From positions 152,423 to 216,422 of IMG/VR virus record IMGVR_UViG_3300009104_001210: DNA of 64,000 nt; one strand, written 5' to 3'. Below are positions 35,742 through 46,254 of this stretch, in pieces (position 1 is the first letter of the stretch; each line of letters begins with the position of its first letter). A program made the translations under genes and the position numbers. The notes beneath the pieces were generated by a model. The model searched no databases, was not told where the DNA came from, and saw only the letters and a program-made list of their open reading frames with translations.

Positions 35742-37979
35742 ATGAGTGATAAAGAAAAAGTAATGAGTGATAAAGAAAAAGTTCTGAAACATTTTAATCC
35801 CATGAAACTTCGTGAAAAATATAGTGCGAAGAATTTTTCTAATAATAGAGGAAATAATTATTCTTCATTTTGGTTAGATAATGATTGGGATAGGTCATCT
35901 TCATTTTTTGATGATGAAGAAGAAAAACCTAAAGGACCAGATTTAATTGCATTAGCATCTTATAGAAGAGCTATTGCAAATTTTGTTAATATTGTAACAA
36001 GTAAAAATATTCCTGTTACTTTTAATTCAAGTGGAGATTCTTATACTGATGGTAAAAAAGTTGTTATATCATCGAAGTTAGATGATAAACTATTTGATAG
36101 TACAGTTGGATTAGCACTTCATGAAGGTTCTCATATTTTACTTTCAGATTTTGATTTTTTGAAACAACTTGAAGTTAATATTCCTAAAGAATATTATGAT
36201 AGAGGTTTTGTTAAGGGTTATAATCAACATGAAGTTAAAGTTCATATTAAAAACTTATTAAACTTTGTAGAAGATAGACGAATTGATTATCATATCTTTA
36301 AAAACTCTCCTGGTTATAAAGGTTATTATCATTCAATGTATGATAAATATTTTAGAGCTAAAGTTGTTGATAAAGCATTAAAATCTGATGAATATACTGA
36401 TGAGAATTGGGATTCATATATTTTCAGAATTATTAATCTTACTAATACAAATACTAATTTAAAAGCAGTTAAGGGTTTAAAAAGTATTTGGAAAGTTGTT
36501 GATTTAAAAAACATTAATAGGTTAAAAAATACTGAAGATGCTTTTAATGTGGCTCTTGAAGTTTATAGTGTTATTTTAGATAATGTTCCTGATGGAAATG
36601 AAAAAACTAATAAAGATACTGGCGAAGTTTCTTATGAAAGAGCTGATGGAAGCGGTTCTACAGAAGGAAAAAATTCAGATTCTTCTGAAAACGCTCCTGA
36701 ATCAAAAGAAATGTCAGATAAAGAATTTAAAGATTTTCTTGAAGCGGTAGAAGAAGGTAATACAGATTTTAATGAATCTTCAATGAGTGGTGGTAGTGGT
36801 TCTGATGAAGGTAAGGAAAGTGGTAAAAAAGTTGGTGGTAGTAAAGTTTCTAATTCATCAAAATCTTCTGATGAAAGAACTCTTTCAGATTCACAGAAAA
36901 AACAATTAGAAAAAGCTATTACAAAACAAAAGAAATTTATGGAAGGTGAAATAACCAAAAAGAAAGTTTCTAAAAAAGATAAAGCTGCTATTGACGCCAT
37001 AGAATCAGCAGGAATGAGTTATAAAGAAGTTGGTAAAGATTATAAAGAAAATTCTTATAGTGAAGGTGTTTCTAAAACCAAATGTATTGTAGTTAAAAAT
37101 CTTACTAAAGAACTTGTAGATAGTAGTACTATTGATATGTTGAGAAAATATTATTATAGAGAAGAAGAACAAGACGAAAATATTTCTGAAGGTTTAAGAC
37201 TTGGAACTATTCTTGGTAGAAAACTTTCTGTTAGAACTGAATCAAGAGATACTAAGTATACAAGAAAGAATACAGGAAGAATTGATAAAAGATTAATTGC
37301 TGAATTGGGTTTTGGTAGTGATAATGTTTTTAGTCAAACTTTCGTGGATAGTTATCCTGACGCTTTTCTTCACATTTCAGTTGACGCTAGTGGTTCTATG
37401 GGTGGAGATAAATGGAATAAAACCATTAAGTCAGTTGTAGCGATGGTTAAAGCTATTGATATGATTGAGGGTGTGGATGTGGTTGTTTCTTTCCGTTCTA
37501 CTCAGAGAAATAGTTCGAATAGAAGAAGAAGTAGTAGTAGTGGTGATTATCCTATTATGTTAATCGCTTATGATTCTCGTAAAGATAGTTTGGTTAAAGT
37601 TAAAACTTTATGGAAATATATTTCAATTTGTGGAACTACTCCTGAAGGATTATGTTTTGAAGCGGTTATGGATGAAATGGTAGAAGGTATGAATGATAGA
37701 GAATCTTACTTTCTAAACTTTTCAGATGGAATGCCAATGTTTAGTAATGATGAAGTTAGTTATTATTATGATTCGGCTTTAAATCATACTAAGTCAATGG
37801 TAAAGAAAATTAAAGAACGTGGTGTTCAGGTTCTGTCTTATTACATTGGAGATTCTTATGATAGACGGGATAACATGAAAGATTTTAAAACAATGTATGG
37901 TAAAGATTCACAATTTGTAGATGTAACTTCCGTAACGGCTGTTGCAAGAACAATGAATAAAAAATTCTTAGAAAAATAA
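35742..37979 (+). CDS. metallopeptidase-like (HExxH) plus VWA domain protein, MoxR partner type
   Basis: ALHEGSH...VEDRRID; low-complexity Ser/Glu linker; MIDAS VDASGSM; GTTPEG; FSDG. Confidence 0.85.
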   Translation: MSDKEKVMSDKEKVLKHFNPMKLREKYSAKNFSNNRGNNYSSFWLDNDWDRSSSFFDDEEEKPKGPDLIALASYRRAIANFVNIVTSKNIPVTFNSSGDSYTDGKKVVISSKLDDKLFDSTVGLALHEGSHILLSDFDFLKQLEVNIPKEYYDRGFVKGYNQHEVKVHIKNLLNFVEDRRIDYHIFKNSPGYKGYYHSMYDKYFRAKVVDKALKSDEYTDENWDSYIFRIINLTNTNTNLKAVKGLKSIWKVVDLKNINRLKNTEDAFNVALEVYSVILDNVPDGNEKTNKDTGEVSYERADGSGSTEGKNSDSSENAPESKEMSDKEFKDFLEAVEEGNTDFNESSMSGGSGSDEGKESGKKVGGSKVSNSSKSSDERTLSDSQKKQLEKAITKQKKFMEGEITKKKVSKKDKAAIDAIESAGMSYKEVGKDYKENSYSEGVSKTKCIVVKNLTKELVDSSTIDMLRKYYYREEEQDENISEGLRLGTILGRKLSVRTESRDTKYTRKNTGRIDKRLIAELGFGSDNVFSQTFVDSYPDAFLHISVDASGSMGGDKWNKTIKSVVAMVKAIDMIEGVDVVVSFRSTQRNSSNRRRSSSSGDYPIMLIAYDSRKDSLVKVKTLWKYISICGTTPEGLCFEAVMDEMVEGMNDRESYFLNFSDGMPMFSNDEVSYYYDSALNHTKSMVKKIKERGVQVLSYYIGDSYDRRDNMKDFKTMYGKDSQFVDVTSVTAVARTMNKKFLEK

Positions 37980-38082
37980 AAAAAGGAAATAACATGGAAA
38001 GACTAAAAGAGTTTGGAACATTATTATTTATGTTTTTTGTATTTTATGTTTTTATAGTTATTGGAAACGTGTAGGAGTTAAA

Positions 38083-38277
38083 ATGACAAAAGAAGAGATT
38101 CTAACAGAATTAGAATCAATTGGTTATCAACTAGATTCAACATCTAATGGTTTTGTTGAAAATGATTCTGATTTAAGTGGTGCAAAAACTGATTTAAATT
38201 GTTTGATTGACAATTTAGAAAAAAAAGTGATCGCAGAAAATTTAAAATATGAAGATATTCAGATAGATGGGTGCTGA
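38083..38277 (+). CDS. hypothetical protein
   Basis: AGGAG RBS. Confidence 0.5.
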   Translation: MTKEEILTELESIGYQLDSTSNGFVENDSDLSGAKTDLNCLIDNLEKKVIAENLKYEDIQIDGC

Positions 38278-38689
38278 TATGAGATTACCAAGTAAAAAAG
38301 AAGTAAAAGCTATTAAAGAATCTAGTAGAAAAAAAGTTTATTCGAAATCTGATAAAGTTGTAGCACAGATGGAAGAAGAATGGCCAGAAATGACTAAAGA
38401 GTTTAAAAGATTACAACATGAACAATATGTGTTGTTCTTACATAAGCAACATGATTATGGTCCAGGTAATATAAGTGTTGGCACACAATTAAAAACAGCT
38501 GAAGATATTAAACTATCTTTAATGGGTTTGTGGTTTAGAATGAATGATAAGATTCAAAGATTGAAAACTTTATTGATGAGTGGTAGAAATAATGCAGTAG
38601 AGGGCGAACCAATGGAAGATGCTTTTCTCGATGTATCTAATTATGGTATAATGGCAACAATTGTAAAAAATGGAAAGTGGGGTAAATAA
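38267..38689 (+). CDS. DUF1599/Nmad1-like all-alpha NTP-pyrophosphatase-fold protein
   Basis: KQHDYGPGNI, RMNDKIQRL, EDAFLDVSNYGI. Confidence 0.75.
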   Translation: MGADMRLPSKKEVKAIKESSRKKVYSKSDKVVAQMEEEWPEMTKEFKRLQHEQYVLFLHKQHDYGPGNISVGTQLKTAEDIKLSLMGLWFRMNDKIQRLKTLLMSGRNNAVEGEPMEDAFLDVSNYGIMATIVKNGKWGK

Positions 38690-39132
38690 TGGTACGTAAA
38701 CAGAAAATAACATATCATAGTTATTATGAAGGTAGTATAAGATATTTGGCTTGTAGTGTATGTGGACATTATCAAAGTGTGGGTGAAGAAGCAGTTGCAG
38801 TAAAATGTAGTAATTGTACTGCAAGATATATGATGTCTAAGTTTCCACCTGAAGAAAATAAGTCAACATATAAACCTACAGGTCGTCCACCAGGATGGCA
38901 TTGGATGGCAGAGTTTGTTGATAAAGATGGTAATGTATTTCATAGAGGTAAAGAACAACCTAAGTTAAAAGGTACTTTAGCGCCAACTAAAGTGAAAGAA
39001 CCAAAGAAAAAAACTAAGCGTCGTTCACAGGATGAGATACTTGTAGCAAAGTATAAAGAAAAACAAGCATTGAAAAGAGCAATTAAGAAACAGAAGAAGT
39101 TTCTTAATCATGATATAGATAAGAATAAATAA
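38689..39132 (+). CDS. zinc-ribbon protein
   Basis: CSVC...CSNC. Confidence 0.55.
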   Translation: MVRKQKITYHSYYEGSIRYLACSVCGHYQSVGEEAVAVKCSNCTARYMMSKFPPEENKSTYKPTGRPPGWHWMAEFVDKDGNVFHRGKEQPKLKGTLAPTKVKEPKKKTKRRSQDEILVAKYKEKQALKRAIKKQKKFLNHDIDKNK

Positions 39133-39716
39133 TGACAAAAGAAGAATTACAATTGTCGTGGACTAAATCACAATATAATCCTATGTCAAATAATGAGATT
39201 CTTATAGATCAGTTGTTGTTTGAAATTGCTAATGATTCAAATTCATCTTCTTTTAGAGAAGGAGTAACCAAATTACAATTAGGATTATTGAAATCGGAAT
39301 CAAAGCATGGGTATGATGATGATTTTTCAGCTATTGAAGTGAAACCACAAAACTTTTCTGGTAAAAGTAAAGTTAATGGGGCTGGAAATTTTAATGATAT
39401 GACTTGGAGGCGGCATAAGAAATATTTAAATGAAGAAATGATTTTATTAAAATCTGGATTTTATTATGGAAAATTAATTTTCATTACAAAATTTAAATAT
39501 GAAATAATTGCACCTAAAATAGAACAACGTTTAATGAAATTTCTTCCTGATGGTGATCAAGTTGGAAAGTATGATAGGTGGGGAACATTTACAGTAGATG
39601 ATTGGAAATTAGATTATAAATTAGAATATCTTTCCCCAAATATTGAAAAGTATCAGAGTGGAATGACAGGTAAGTTATATAACATACTTAATGAAAGGAA
39701 TTATAATGGCTCGTAA
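39132..39716 (+). CDS. possible PD-(D/E)xK nuclease-fold protein
   Basis: HGYD...AIEVKP. Confidence 0.4.
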   Translation: MTKEELQLSWTKSQYNPMSNNEILIDQLLFEIANDSNSSSFREGVTKLQLGLLKSESKHGYDDDFSAIEVKPQNFSGKSKVNGAGNFNDMTWRRHKKYLNEEMILLKSGFYYGKLIFITKFKYEIIAPKIEQRLMKFLPDGDQVGKYDRWGTFTVDDWKLDYKLEYLSPNIEKYQSGMTGKLYNILNERNYNGS

Positions 39717-39914
39717 AAAGAAAAAGAAAGTTATACCGTTTCACATAAAACATAATTTAAAACAATATATGTTATTAGATGGTACTAGATATTGGGCAGC
39801 GGATGATGAAGATGCTTTGTTATATAGAAATTTTGTTTTAAAGTTAAAGGGACCTGAAGTGGCAGGGATTTTCACAAATGGAATGTTATTTAAGGAAGTA
39901 GGAGTAGATGTATA

Positions 39915-40199
39915 ATGCCACCAGATTATAATACACATGGGTCTTGGGTAAAGAGTAACCCAAGAAAAGGTGTGGATAGGATCTTAAAAAAGATTAAACA
40001 TTTAAGAACAACTTTTTTACAATTTGCTCAAGAAAGATCAATGCCTGGCGCATGGACATCTGAAATGAATAGAGATTTTGAATTTATTGAGCAAATGGAA
40101 ACAGATTATGCAATTCGCCACAAATTACTTCCAGGTGATATGCGACATTGTAATAAACTATATAATTACTATAGTATAATTTATGCAAAAAATAATTAA
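39915..40199 (+). CDS. hypothetical protein
   Basis: ORF track. Confidence 0.5.
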   Translation: MPPDYNTHGSWVKSNPRKGVDRILKKIKHLRTTFLQFAQERSMPGAWTSEMNRDFEFIEQMETDYAIRHKLLPGDMRHCNKLYNYYSIIYAKNN

Positions 40200-40776
40200 T
40201 TGTTTCAAAGAAGACAATCCAGTTATAAATAAAAAACTGAGGAAGGTTTCAATAGATGAAGGACTTAAAATTGCCGAGATTTTATTCACTACACTCAATG
40301 AGAGGAAAGATGGAATTGGTCTTGCGGCTAACCAAGTGGGTATTGATGCTAGTGTTGCTGTGGTTAATGTTAGGGAGCCGCTTATTCTAATTAATCCTGT
40401 TATTAAAGAACAATGGGATGAGATAGATTATTATGAGGGTTGTTTAAGTTATCCAAAAAAAGGTGTACACACTAAACGATATAAAAATGTAGTTATTAAA
40501 ACTGAACAAGAAGAATGTGATTGGTATTTTAGTGGTGCAGAAAATCCGTCAAAGGGAACAGGTAGTTGGGAAGAATTAGATAATAATAAACAAGATGAGG
40601 AATTACGAATACTTGAATCAGTTTGTATTCAACATGAAATTGATCATTTAAATGGTGTATCTTGTATTGATAAAGCAATAGATATTACTGTTAAAGTTGA
40701 AAAGAAGCCAGGTAGAAATGAACCTTGTCATTGTGGTAGTGGTAAGAAATATAAAAAATGTTGTATAAAAAAATGA
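40183..40776 (+). CDS. def: peptide deformylase fused to a SEC-C motif
   Basis: GIGLAANQVG, EGCLS, QHEIDH; C-terminal GRNEPCHCGSGKKYKKCC. Confidence 0.93.
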   Translation: MQKIINCFKEDNPVINKKLRKVSIDEGLKIAEILFTTLNERKDGIGLAANQVGIDASVAVVNVREPLILINPVIKEQWDEIDYYEGCLSYPKKGVHTKRYKNVVIKTEQEECDWYFSGAENPSKGTGSWEELDNNKQDEELRILESVCIQHEIDHLNGVSCIDKAIDITVKVEKKPGRNEPCHCGSGKKYKKCCIKK

Positions 40777-41223
40777 ATAAAGTTATTTGGATAATATGGT
40801 TATTGTTAACAATAGCATGGCATTATTATTTTCCAAATGCTATACCATTTGATGATGTGGCTGTTGCAACTATTTTATCTATATTCGCAATTTATGTACA
40901 TAGGAATTTCACATCTTAGAAAGAGAAAAATTAATAATAAAATTAGAAGATTTACGAACACGAATAGAAACGTGGGCGGCTGAATATGGTTATGAAAATA
41001 TCAGTAACGCTAATGAGACTCGTAATGATGAAGGTGAAATAGTGTGGAGTCGTACTGATTGGGCATATGTTGATGACTTACATAATGGTCTTATTAATAA
41101 TGACGAATATTATTATGGTAAAAAAACATTGGAAGATTTAAATAGATTGTGGAAAAAATATTCAATGGTAGAAACTTGGAAAAGAGAAGAAGTATTTAGA
41201 AAAGCAAAAAAAGAAGTTTTTGA

Positions 41224-41412
41224 TTGATTAAATGGGTTATAAACAAGTGGTATAAACATAGTCCTATGTGTGTATGTGGATATAGAATGAAACCTAATGA
41301 TAAAAGAAAATTCCAAACAGAAGATAGTTGGGAATGTTTATTTACTAAAAAATGTGGTTGGGAAACATATCAGACTTTAAATGGTAAATTACATTGGTTG
41401 AGAAAAAATTGA
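41224..41412 (+). CDS. small zinc-ribbon-like protein
   Basis: CVCG...WECLFTKKCGW. Confidence 0.45.
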   Translation: MIKWVINKWYKHSPMCVCGYRMKPNDKRKFQTEDSWECLFTKKCGWETYQTLNGKLHWLRKN

Positions 41413-42218
41413 AGATAGCTATTTGTGGAGATAGTTTTGGTGCTACTGTATCTGAACGGTCATGGCCTTCATTATTACAAGAAGAATATGATGCAGAAAT
41501 AGTATGTAGAGGAGAAAAAGGTTGGAGTTTATTTCATGCATATGAGAGATTATTAGAAAATATTGATGGAGTAGATTATATTATATTTTGTATTACAGAC
41601 CCAAGTAGATTATCTAGTCCTTTTAAAGTACCAATTTCAGTTGGCGACATTTATGATAATAAAGCTTATGAACATTTTGATAAGAAAAAATTTCATATTC
41701 ATAAACATGGAATTCCATCTACAAGATTTAATGCTGAAGAATTACGAACTGCTATAAAATATTATTATAAAATGTTATATGATGATACTTATATGGAAAT
41801 TGTACAAAAAGGATTATTGAAAGAAATAGAAGATGTTGTAAAAGATTATAAATGTATATTTTTAAAAAGTTTTAATACTAGCTTTCCAAGTGATTATATT
41901 CCAAAAAAAGTAGTTTGGGGAAATTTAAATTTATATCAAGATATTTCTTTAAAAGAAGTTGGGTTAATGTCAAAAGAAGAAATAGAATTTATGGGTGATA
42001 AAGGATTATATTTTATGGGCGATCCAAGATTAAATCATATAAATGAAGAAAATAATTATAATTTGTTTTCCGTTTTGAGAGATATTATAGATGAAGATAA
42101 TTGGGATTCAAGAGAAGTGAATATGGATAAATACTTTTCACATTTAGATGGAGTTACAGAAAAACAAATTAAAAATGCAGTTAATAAAATTTCAAAGAAA
42201 AGTAGGATTAAACATTGA
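41394..42218 (+). CDS. SGNH-hydrolase-like phage protein
   Basis: IAICGDSF; RLNH. Confidence 0.55.
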   Translation: MVEKKLKIAICGDSFGATVSERSWPSLLQEEYDAEIVCRGEKGWSLFHAYERLLENIDGVDYIIFCITDPSRLSSPFKVPISVGDIYDNKAYEHFDKKKFHIHKHGIPSTRFNAEELRTAIKYYYKMLYDDTYMEIVQKGLLKEIEDVVKDYKCIFLKSFNTSFPSDYIPKKVVWGNLNLYQDISLKEVGLMSKEEIEFMGDKGLYFMGDPRLNHINEENNYNLFSVLRDIIDEDNWDSREVNMDKYFSHLDGVTEKQIKNAVNKISKKSRIKH

Positions 42219-42330
42219 TAAAAACATTTTTTATTAGCACAGTAGTTTTAATTATAGTATTAACATGGCTTACTGAAAGAGATTGGGGTAAGAAAAAAAC
42301 AAAGTGGAATAAAAGAAAGAAGAGATACGA

Positions 42331-42798
42331 ATGATATTGTGGTTTACAGGACAGCCAGGTAGTGGTAAAACAACATTGGCAAAAAGATTTATAGATGATA
42401 AGTTAATTAATTTTATGAAAGTGAATCCAAAAGATATTATTCATATTGATGGTGAAGAATTGCGAAACGTAACAAATAATAAAAATTTAACAAAACCAGG
42501 TCGTATATGGAATATAAAATTAGCTATTAATATGGCAAGGTTTTTAGATAATAAAGGTTATATAGTAATAGCATCATTAGTTTCACCATATAGAGATTTA
42601 CGAGAAGAATTAAAAATGGAAAGAAATATAGCAGAGTTCTATTTACATACAACAGAAATACGCGGAAAAGAATCTTATTTTGTAAGTGATTATGAACCAC
42701 CATTACATAACTTTACAGATTTAGATACAGATAAACCAATAGAGGAATGTTTAGATGAAATACTCGCTGTTTATAGGAAAATGGCAGCCGTGGCATAA
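42331..42798 (+). CDS. cysC: adenylyl-sulfate (APS) kinase
   Basis: LWFTGQPGSGKTT, IDGEELR, IASLVSPY...R. Confidence 0.85.
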   Translation: MILWFTGQPGSGKTTLAKRFIDDKLINFMKVNPKDIIHIDGEELRNVTNNKNLTKPGRIWNIKLAINMARFLDNKGYIVIASLVSPYRDLREELKMERNIAEFYLHTTEIRGKESYFVSDYEPPLHNFTDLDTDKPIEECLDEILAVYRKMAAVA

Positions 42799-43087
42799 AG
42801 GTCATAAGTGGTTGATAGAACAAAGATTAAAGTTAGGTAAAAATATTTTGATAGGAATAAGAGAAATAGAAAATCCTAAATATACGCCAAGAGAAATTAT
42901 GATACAAATATTTCATGAGTTTCCAAATGAAGTAAATGATGGAACGATTGATTTTGTAGAATTACCTGATATAGAGTCTATTAATTATGGAAGAGAAGTT
43001 GGATACGATATAATTGAGCATGAACCACCTGAAGATATAAAAAGAATCTCGGGAACAAAAATAAGGAATCAACGTGGAGATAAATGA
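42755..43087 (+). CDS. HxGH-class nucleotidyltransferase (cytidyltransferase-like)
   Basis: FIGKWQPWHKGH; ISGTKIR. Confidence 0.8.
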   Translation: MKYSLFIGKWQPWHKGHKWLIEQRLKLGKNILIGIREIENPKYTPREIMIQIFHEFPNEVNDGTIDFVELPDIESINYGREVGYDIIEHEPPEDIKRISGTKIRNQRGDK

Positions 43088-43276
43088 AATTAAAGAAAAA
43101 TTAGAAGAAGCTTTGGAAGCAGAAAATTGGGATATTATAATTGAAATAATTGGTGATCTTGAAACACAAGAGCATTATGTAAACCCATATGACGCTTATG
43201 ATGAAGATGAAATATAGAAGAATAATTGGCAAATTAGAAATGTTAAATGATAATTATTAATAATAAGGAGTTAAAT

Positions 43277-43786
43277 ATGAACAATGTTAAGTGGTTCACA
43301 ATATTAGCTATGTCAATGTTAATCGTTAATATAGTTGGACTAGAAAAAATATTAAGTTTATATAAAGAGAGGGAGTTAAAAGTTATTGAATCATTAGTGA
43401 TGAAAAGTGATTCTTTAACACAAGAACTTAGGAAATACGAGGAGTATGGAGTGGCTGTTAAAGTAACTATGTACCAACCTGTTCGTTATCAGACCGATTC
43501 TACACCGAACATTCTCGCAGATGGAACGCGCATTCGAGCACAAAGTGCTTCAGATTACAAATATATAGCGGTGAGTAGAAATCTTCTGAAACGATGGGGT
43601 GGTTTTTTAGATTATGGTGATTTTGTACTTTTAAAAGGAACTGATAATAAAGATGGTGTATATCAAGTTAGAGATACTATGGCAGCACGTTGGGTAAATC
43701 GTATTGATATTTTGGAATCAGTACACGTTGATCCATATATGTATCCTAAAGCTGAGATAGTTAGATTAAATTGGACTATGAATTAA
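43277..43786 (+). CDS. membrane-anchored 3D-domain (MltA-like) peptidoglycan hydrolase
   Basis: N-terminal TM; VTMY, TADG-like LADG, IAVSR, VRDTM, RIDIL. Confidence 0.7.
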   Translation: MNNVKWFTILAMSMLIVNIVGLEKILSLYKERELKVIESLVMKSDSLTQELRKYEEYGVAVKVTMYQPVRYQTDSTPNILADGTRIRAQSASDYKYIAVSRNLLKRWGGFLDYGDFVLLKGTDNKDGVYQVRDTMAARWVNRIDILESVHVDPYMYPKAEIVRLNWTMN

Positions 43787-43812
43787 ATCAATAATAAAAT
43801 AAAGGTTGTAAT

Positions 43813-45015
43813 TTGGGATTTAACATAGAAGGTTTTTTCGATATTTCTACAGATTTTCCTTATGATGAGGAAAAACAATCGTTTATTGATCACATGAACT
43901 CATTAAAAGAAATGACAGTTCAAGAACAAACACTTTATAAAAAATGGAAAGAGTGGAATTATGATCCTTATGGTATGACACAAAAGGGTACTAAGATAGA
44001 TTTAGCTAAAAAACAATTGTGGATGCCAAAAGATATTAATGATTTAGAGGGAACTTTTGAAGAGATAAAAAGTATAATACCAATAGCAATACCTGTAAAA
44101 CAAGGTGATGCTAAAGCAAATGATGCTTGGTCAGTTACACGAAGATTAATTCACACAATGGAATTCACAGCCAATCCTGGCAGAAATCTTAAATTTTATG
44201 TTAAAGATAAAACAACAAACAAAATACTTGGATTAATATGTTTAGGTAGTGATGTTATTGCATTAAGAGTTAGAGATAAATGGATTGGTTGGTCAAAAGA
44301 AAATAGATTAGATGGTGGATTATTAAATCATACTGCTATTGCTACTACAATTTGTTCTACACAACCATTCGGATATAATTTCTTAGGTGGTAAGTTGATT
44401 GCTACTATGGTAAATTCTAAAGTAGTTCGTGATGAATGGGAAAAAGTTTATAATCAAAAATTAGTTGGATTTACAACAACATCACTTTATGGTATACATT
44501 CGATGTATAATGGAATTCCACATTGGAAGGGATTAGGAGAATCTACAGGAAGAATTGGTTTAAAACCTGATGATGAATATTATGATAAGTGGCATGAATG
44601 GATTAAAGAAAATAGAGCAGAAGAATATAAAAAGAAAATAGAATCTAAAGGTGGAAAATCAGGACCTGTAACAGGAATCAAACAAAGAATTTTAAGTATT
44701 ATATTAAATGAAATTGGTATATCACAAACTAAATACCAACATGGATTTAAACGTGGTGTATTTTTTTCAGAGTTATATGATAATACAAGACCATTTCTAA
44801 GAGGTGAGATAAAAGAAGATGAATTGGTTTTGAAAAAAAGATTAGAAAATGATGTAGATGGTATAACAAAATGGTGGTGTAAAAAGGGATTAAAAAGATA
44901 TTTTAAGTTATACGAACAAAATAGATTAAAACCTGAAATGTTATTCTATGCAGATATGATAGGTAAATCTTGGGAAGAAGCAAAAGAAAAATACTTAGGA
45001 GAAGTTGGTAGATGA
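43813..45015 (+). CDS. DUF4338/Druantia DruA-like protein
   Basis: PGRNLKFYV, RDKWIGW, QPFGYNFLGGKL, TTTSLYG. Confidence 0.75.
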   Translation: MGFNIEGFFDISTDFPYDEEKQSFIDHMNSLKEMTVQEQTLYKKWKEWNYDPYGMTQKGTKIDLAKKQLWMPKDINDLEGTFEEIKSIIPIAIPVKQGDAKANDAWSVTRRLIHTMEFTANPGRNLKFYVKDKTTNKILGLICLGSDVIALRVRDKWIGWSKENRLDGGLLNHTAIATTICSTQPFGYNFLGGKLIATMVNSKVVRDEWEKVYNQKLVGFTTTSLYGIHSMYNGIPHWKGLGESTGRIGLKPDDEYYDKWHEWIKENRAEEYKKKIESKGGKSGPVTGIKQRILSIILNEIGISQTKYQHGFKRGVFFSELYDNTRPFLRGEIKEDELVLKKRLENDVDGITKWWCKKGLKRYFKLYEQNRLKPEMLFYADMIGKSWEEAKEKYLGEVGR

Positions 45016-46238
45016 GTAAACCCACAAATTATATAGGTTATCACGTAGGTGATGTTGATGATGAATATGATGGTTCAGCTGAACATCCAAATTGGGAAGA
45101 TATTTACAACAACTCAAATAAATTAGAATGTATCTTAGGTAATGAACCAATCTCATATCAAGCATTTGTTTATGAATATGTATACGATTATGTAACTAAT
45201 AATATGCAAAGAACCATAATAGAATATGGGACAAAAGAAGATATGTACAATTTAGAAAGAGATTTGCATAATAAGTTCGATGTGGCAAAATCAGAAAAGT
45301 ATTTTAATTTAGTAAAAAGTGGTGGTGCATATAAGACAATCAAAGTAGATGACTTGGAAGAATTAAAAAAACGTATTAAAAAAGGTGAATTTACAAAAAA
45401 TAAAAAAGAAAAGATAGAAGATTTATATAATGAATTAATTCCAAAAAGACTTCAAAACAGAACATCAGAAGACGCTTCGTTTGTAAGGGATATTAGAGAT
45501 GATATTAAATTTGAAGAGAGTACAGACTATTGTGAACCAATTAGAGTAAAAGTTAATATAGATGGTTCAAGAAAAATGTTTGATGGTAACACTACTATTA
45601 TGGCTGCTTATACTGCAAGAAAAAAGGTAAAAGATGGAAGCATTAGGGTAGATGAAATACCTTATGAGATTGCAAAGCTATATACAGATGATGAGTTTAA
45701 CGAATTGGGTGTTTTATTAAATGAGAAACCAAAAGTAAGAAAACGACACGCTTCAAAAGAAGATGTTGCTAGTGTGATATGGAAAAGATTTATGAATAAT
45801 CATACACCAATCAAAGACAAAAAAAATAAAGAATATATTGTAAAGACTGGACATAGAACAACAGATATTTATAAAATTGTTAATTCTTGGTTTCAAAAAG
45901 GTGGACAAGTTGGAACTTACATTAATTATCAACTTGAACATTACAAAAAGAAATTGGAAGAGGTGGTAAAAAATGCTACAAATTCTGAAACAAAAGTTTT
46001 TTCTTTTTCATCTGCTAAATTTAGAGACGAGGATGTAAATAAATGGTTAGGTGAAAACACTAATTATGGAAATAAAAAACCAGAAAAAAATAAACTATTA
46101 ATAGTAATTTACCATTCTAATTCAGTAGCAGAAACTAAATGGGATGATGCTATGGCACAAAAGAAAAAAGAAATTAAGTATTTAGCCAGATTAACAGGTG
46201 TTAATTTTATTGGTTTTAAATATATGGATACACAATAA
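45012..46238 (+). CDS. protein with GIY-YIG/Seg-like N-terminus and ParB-like central region
   Basis: NYIGYH...YDGS...E...YFNL; DGNT. Confidence 0.4.
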   Translation: MSKPTNYIGYHVGDVDDEYDGSAEHPNWEDIYNNSNKLECILGNEPISYQAFVYEYVYDYVTNNMQRTIIEYGTKEDMYNLERDLHNKFDVAKSEKYFNLVKSGGAYKTIKVDDLEELKKRIKKGEFTKNKKEKIEDLYNELIPKRLQNRTSEDASFVRDIRDDIKFEESTDYCEPIRVKVNIDGSRKMFDGNTTIMAAYTARKKVKDGSIRVDEIPYEIAKLYTDDEFNELGVLLNEKPKVRKRHASKEDVASVIWKRFMNNHTPIKDKKNKEYIVKTGHRTTDIYKIVNSWFQKGGQVGTYINYQLEHYKKKLEEVVKNATNSETKVFSFSSAKFRDEDVNKWLGENTNYGNKKPEKNKLLIVIYHSNSVAETKWDDAMAQKKKEIKYLARLTGVNFIGFKYMDTQ

Positions 46239-46254
46239 TAATAAAGGTTACAAT

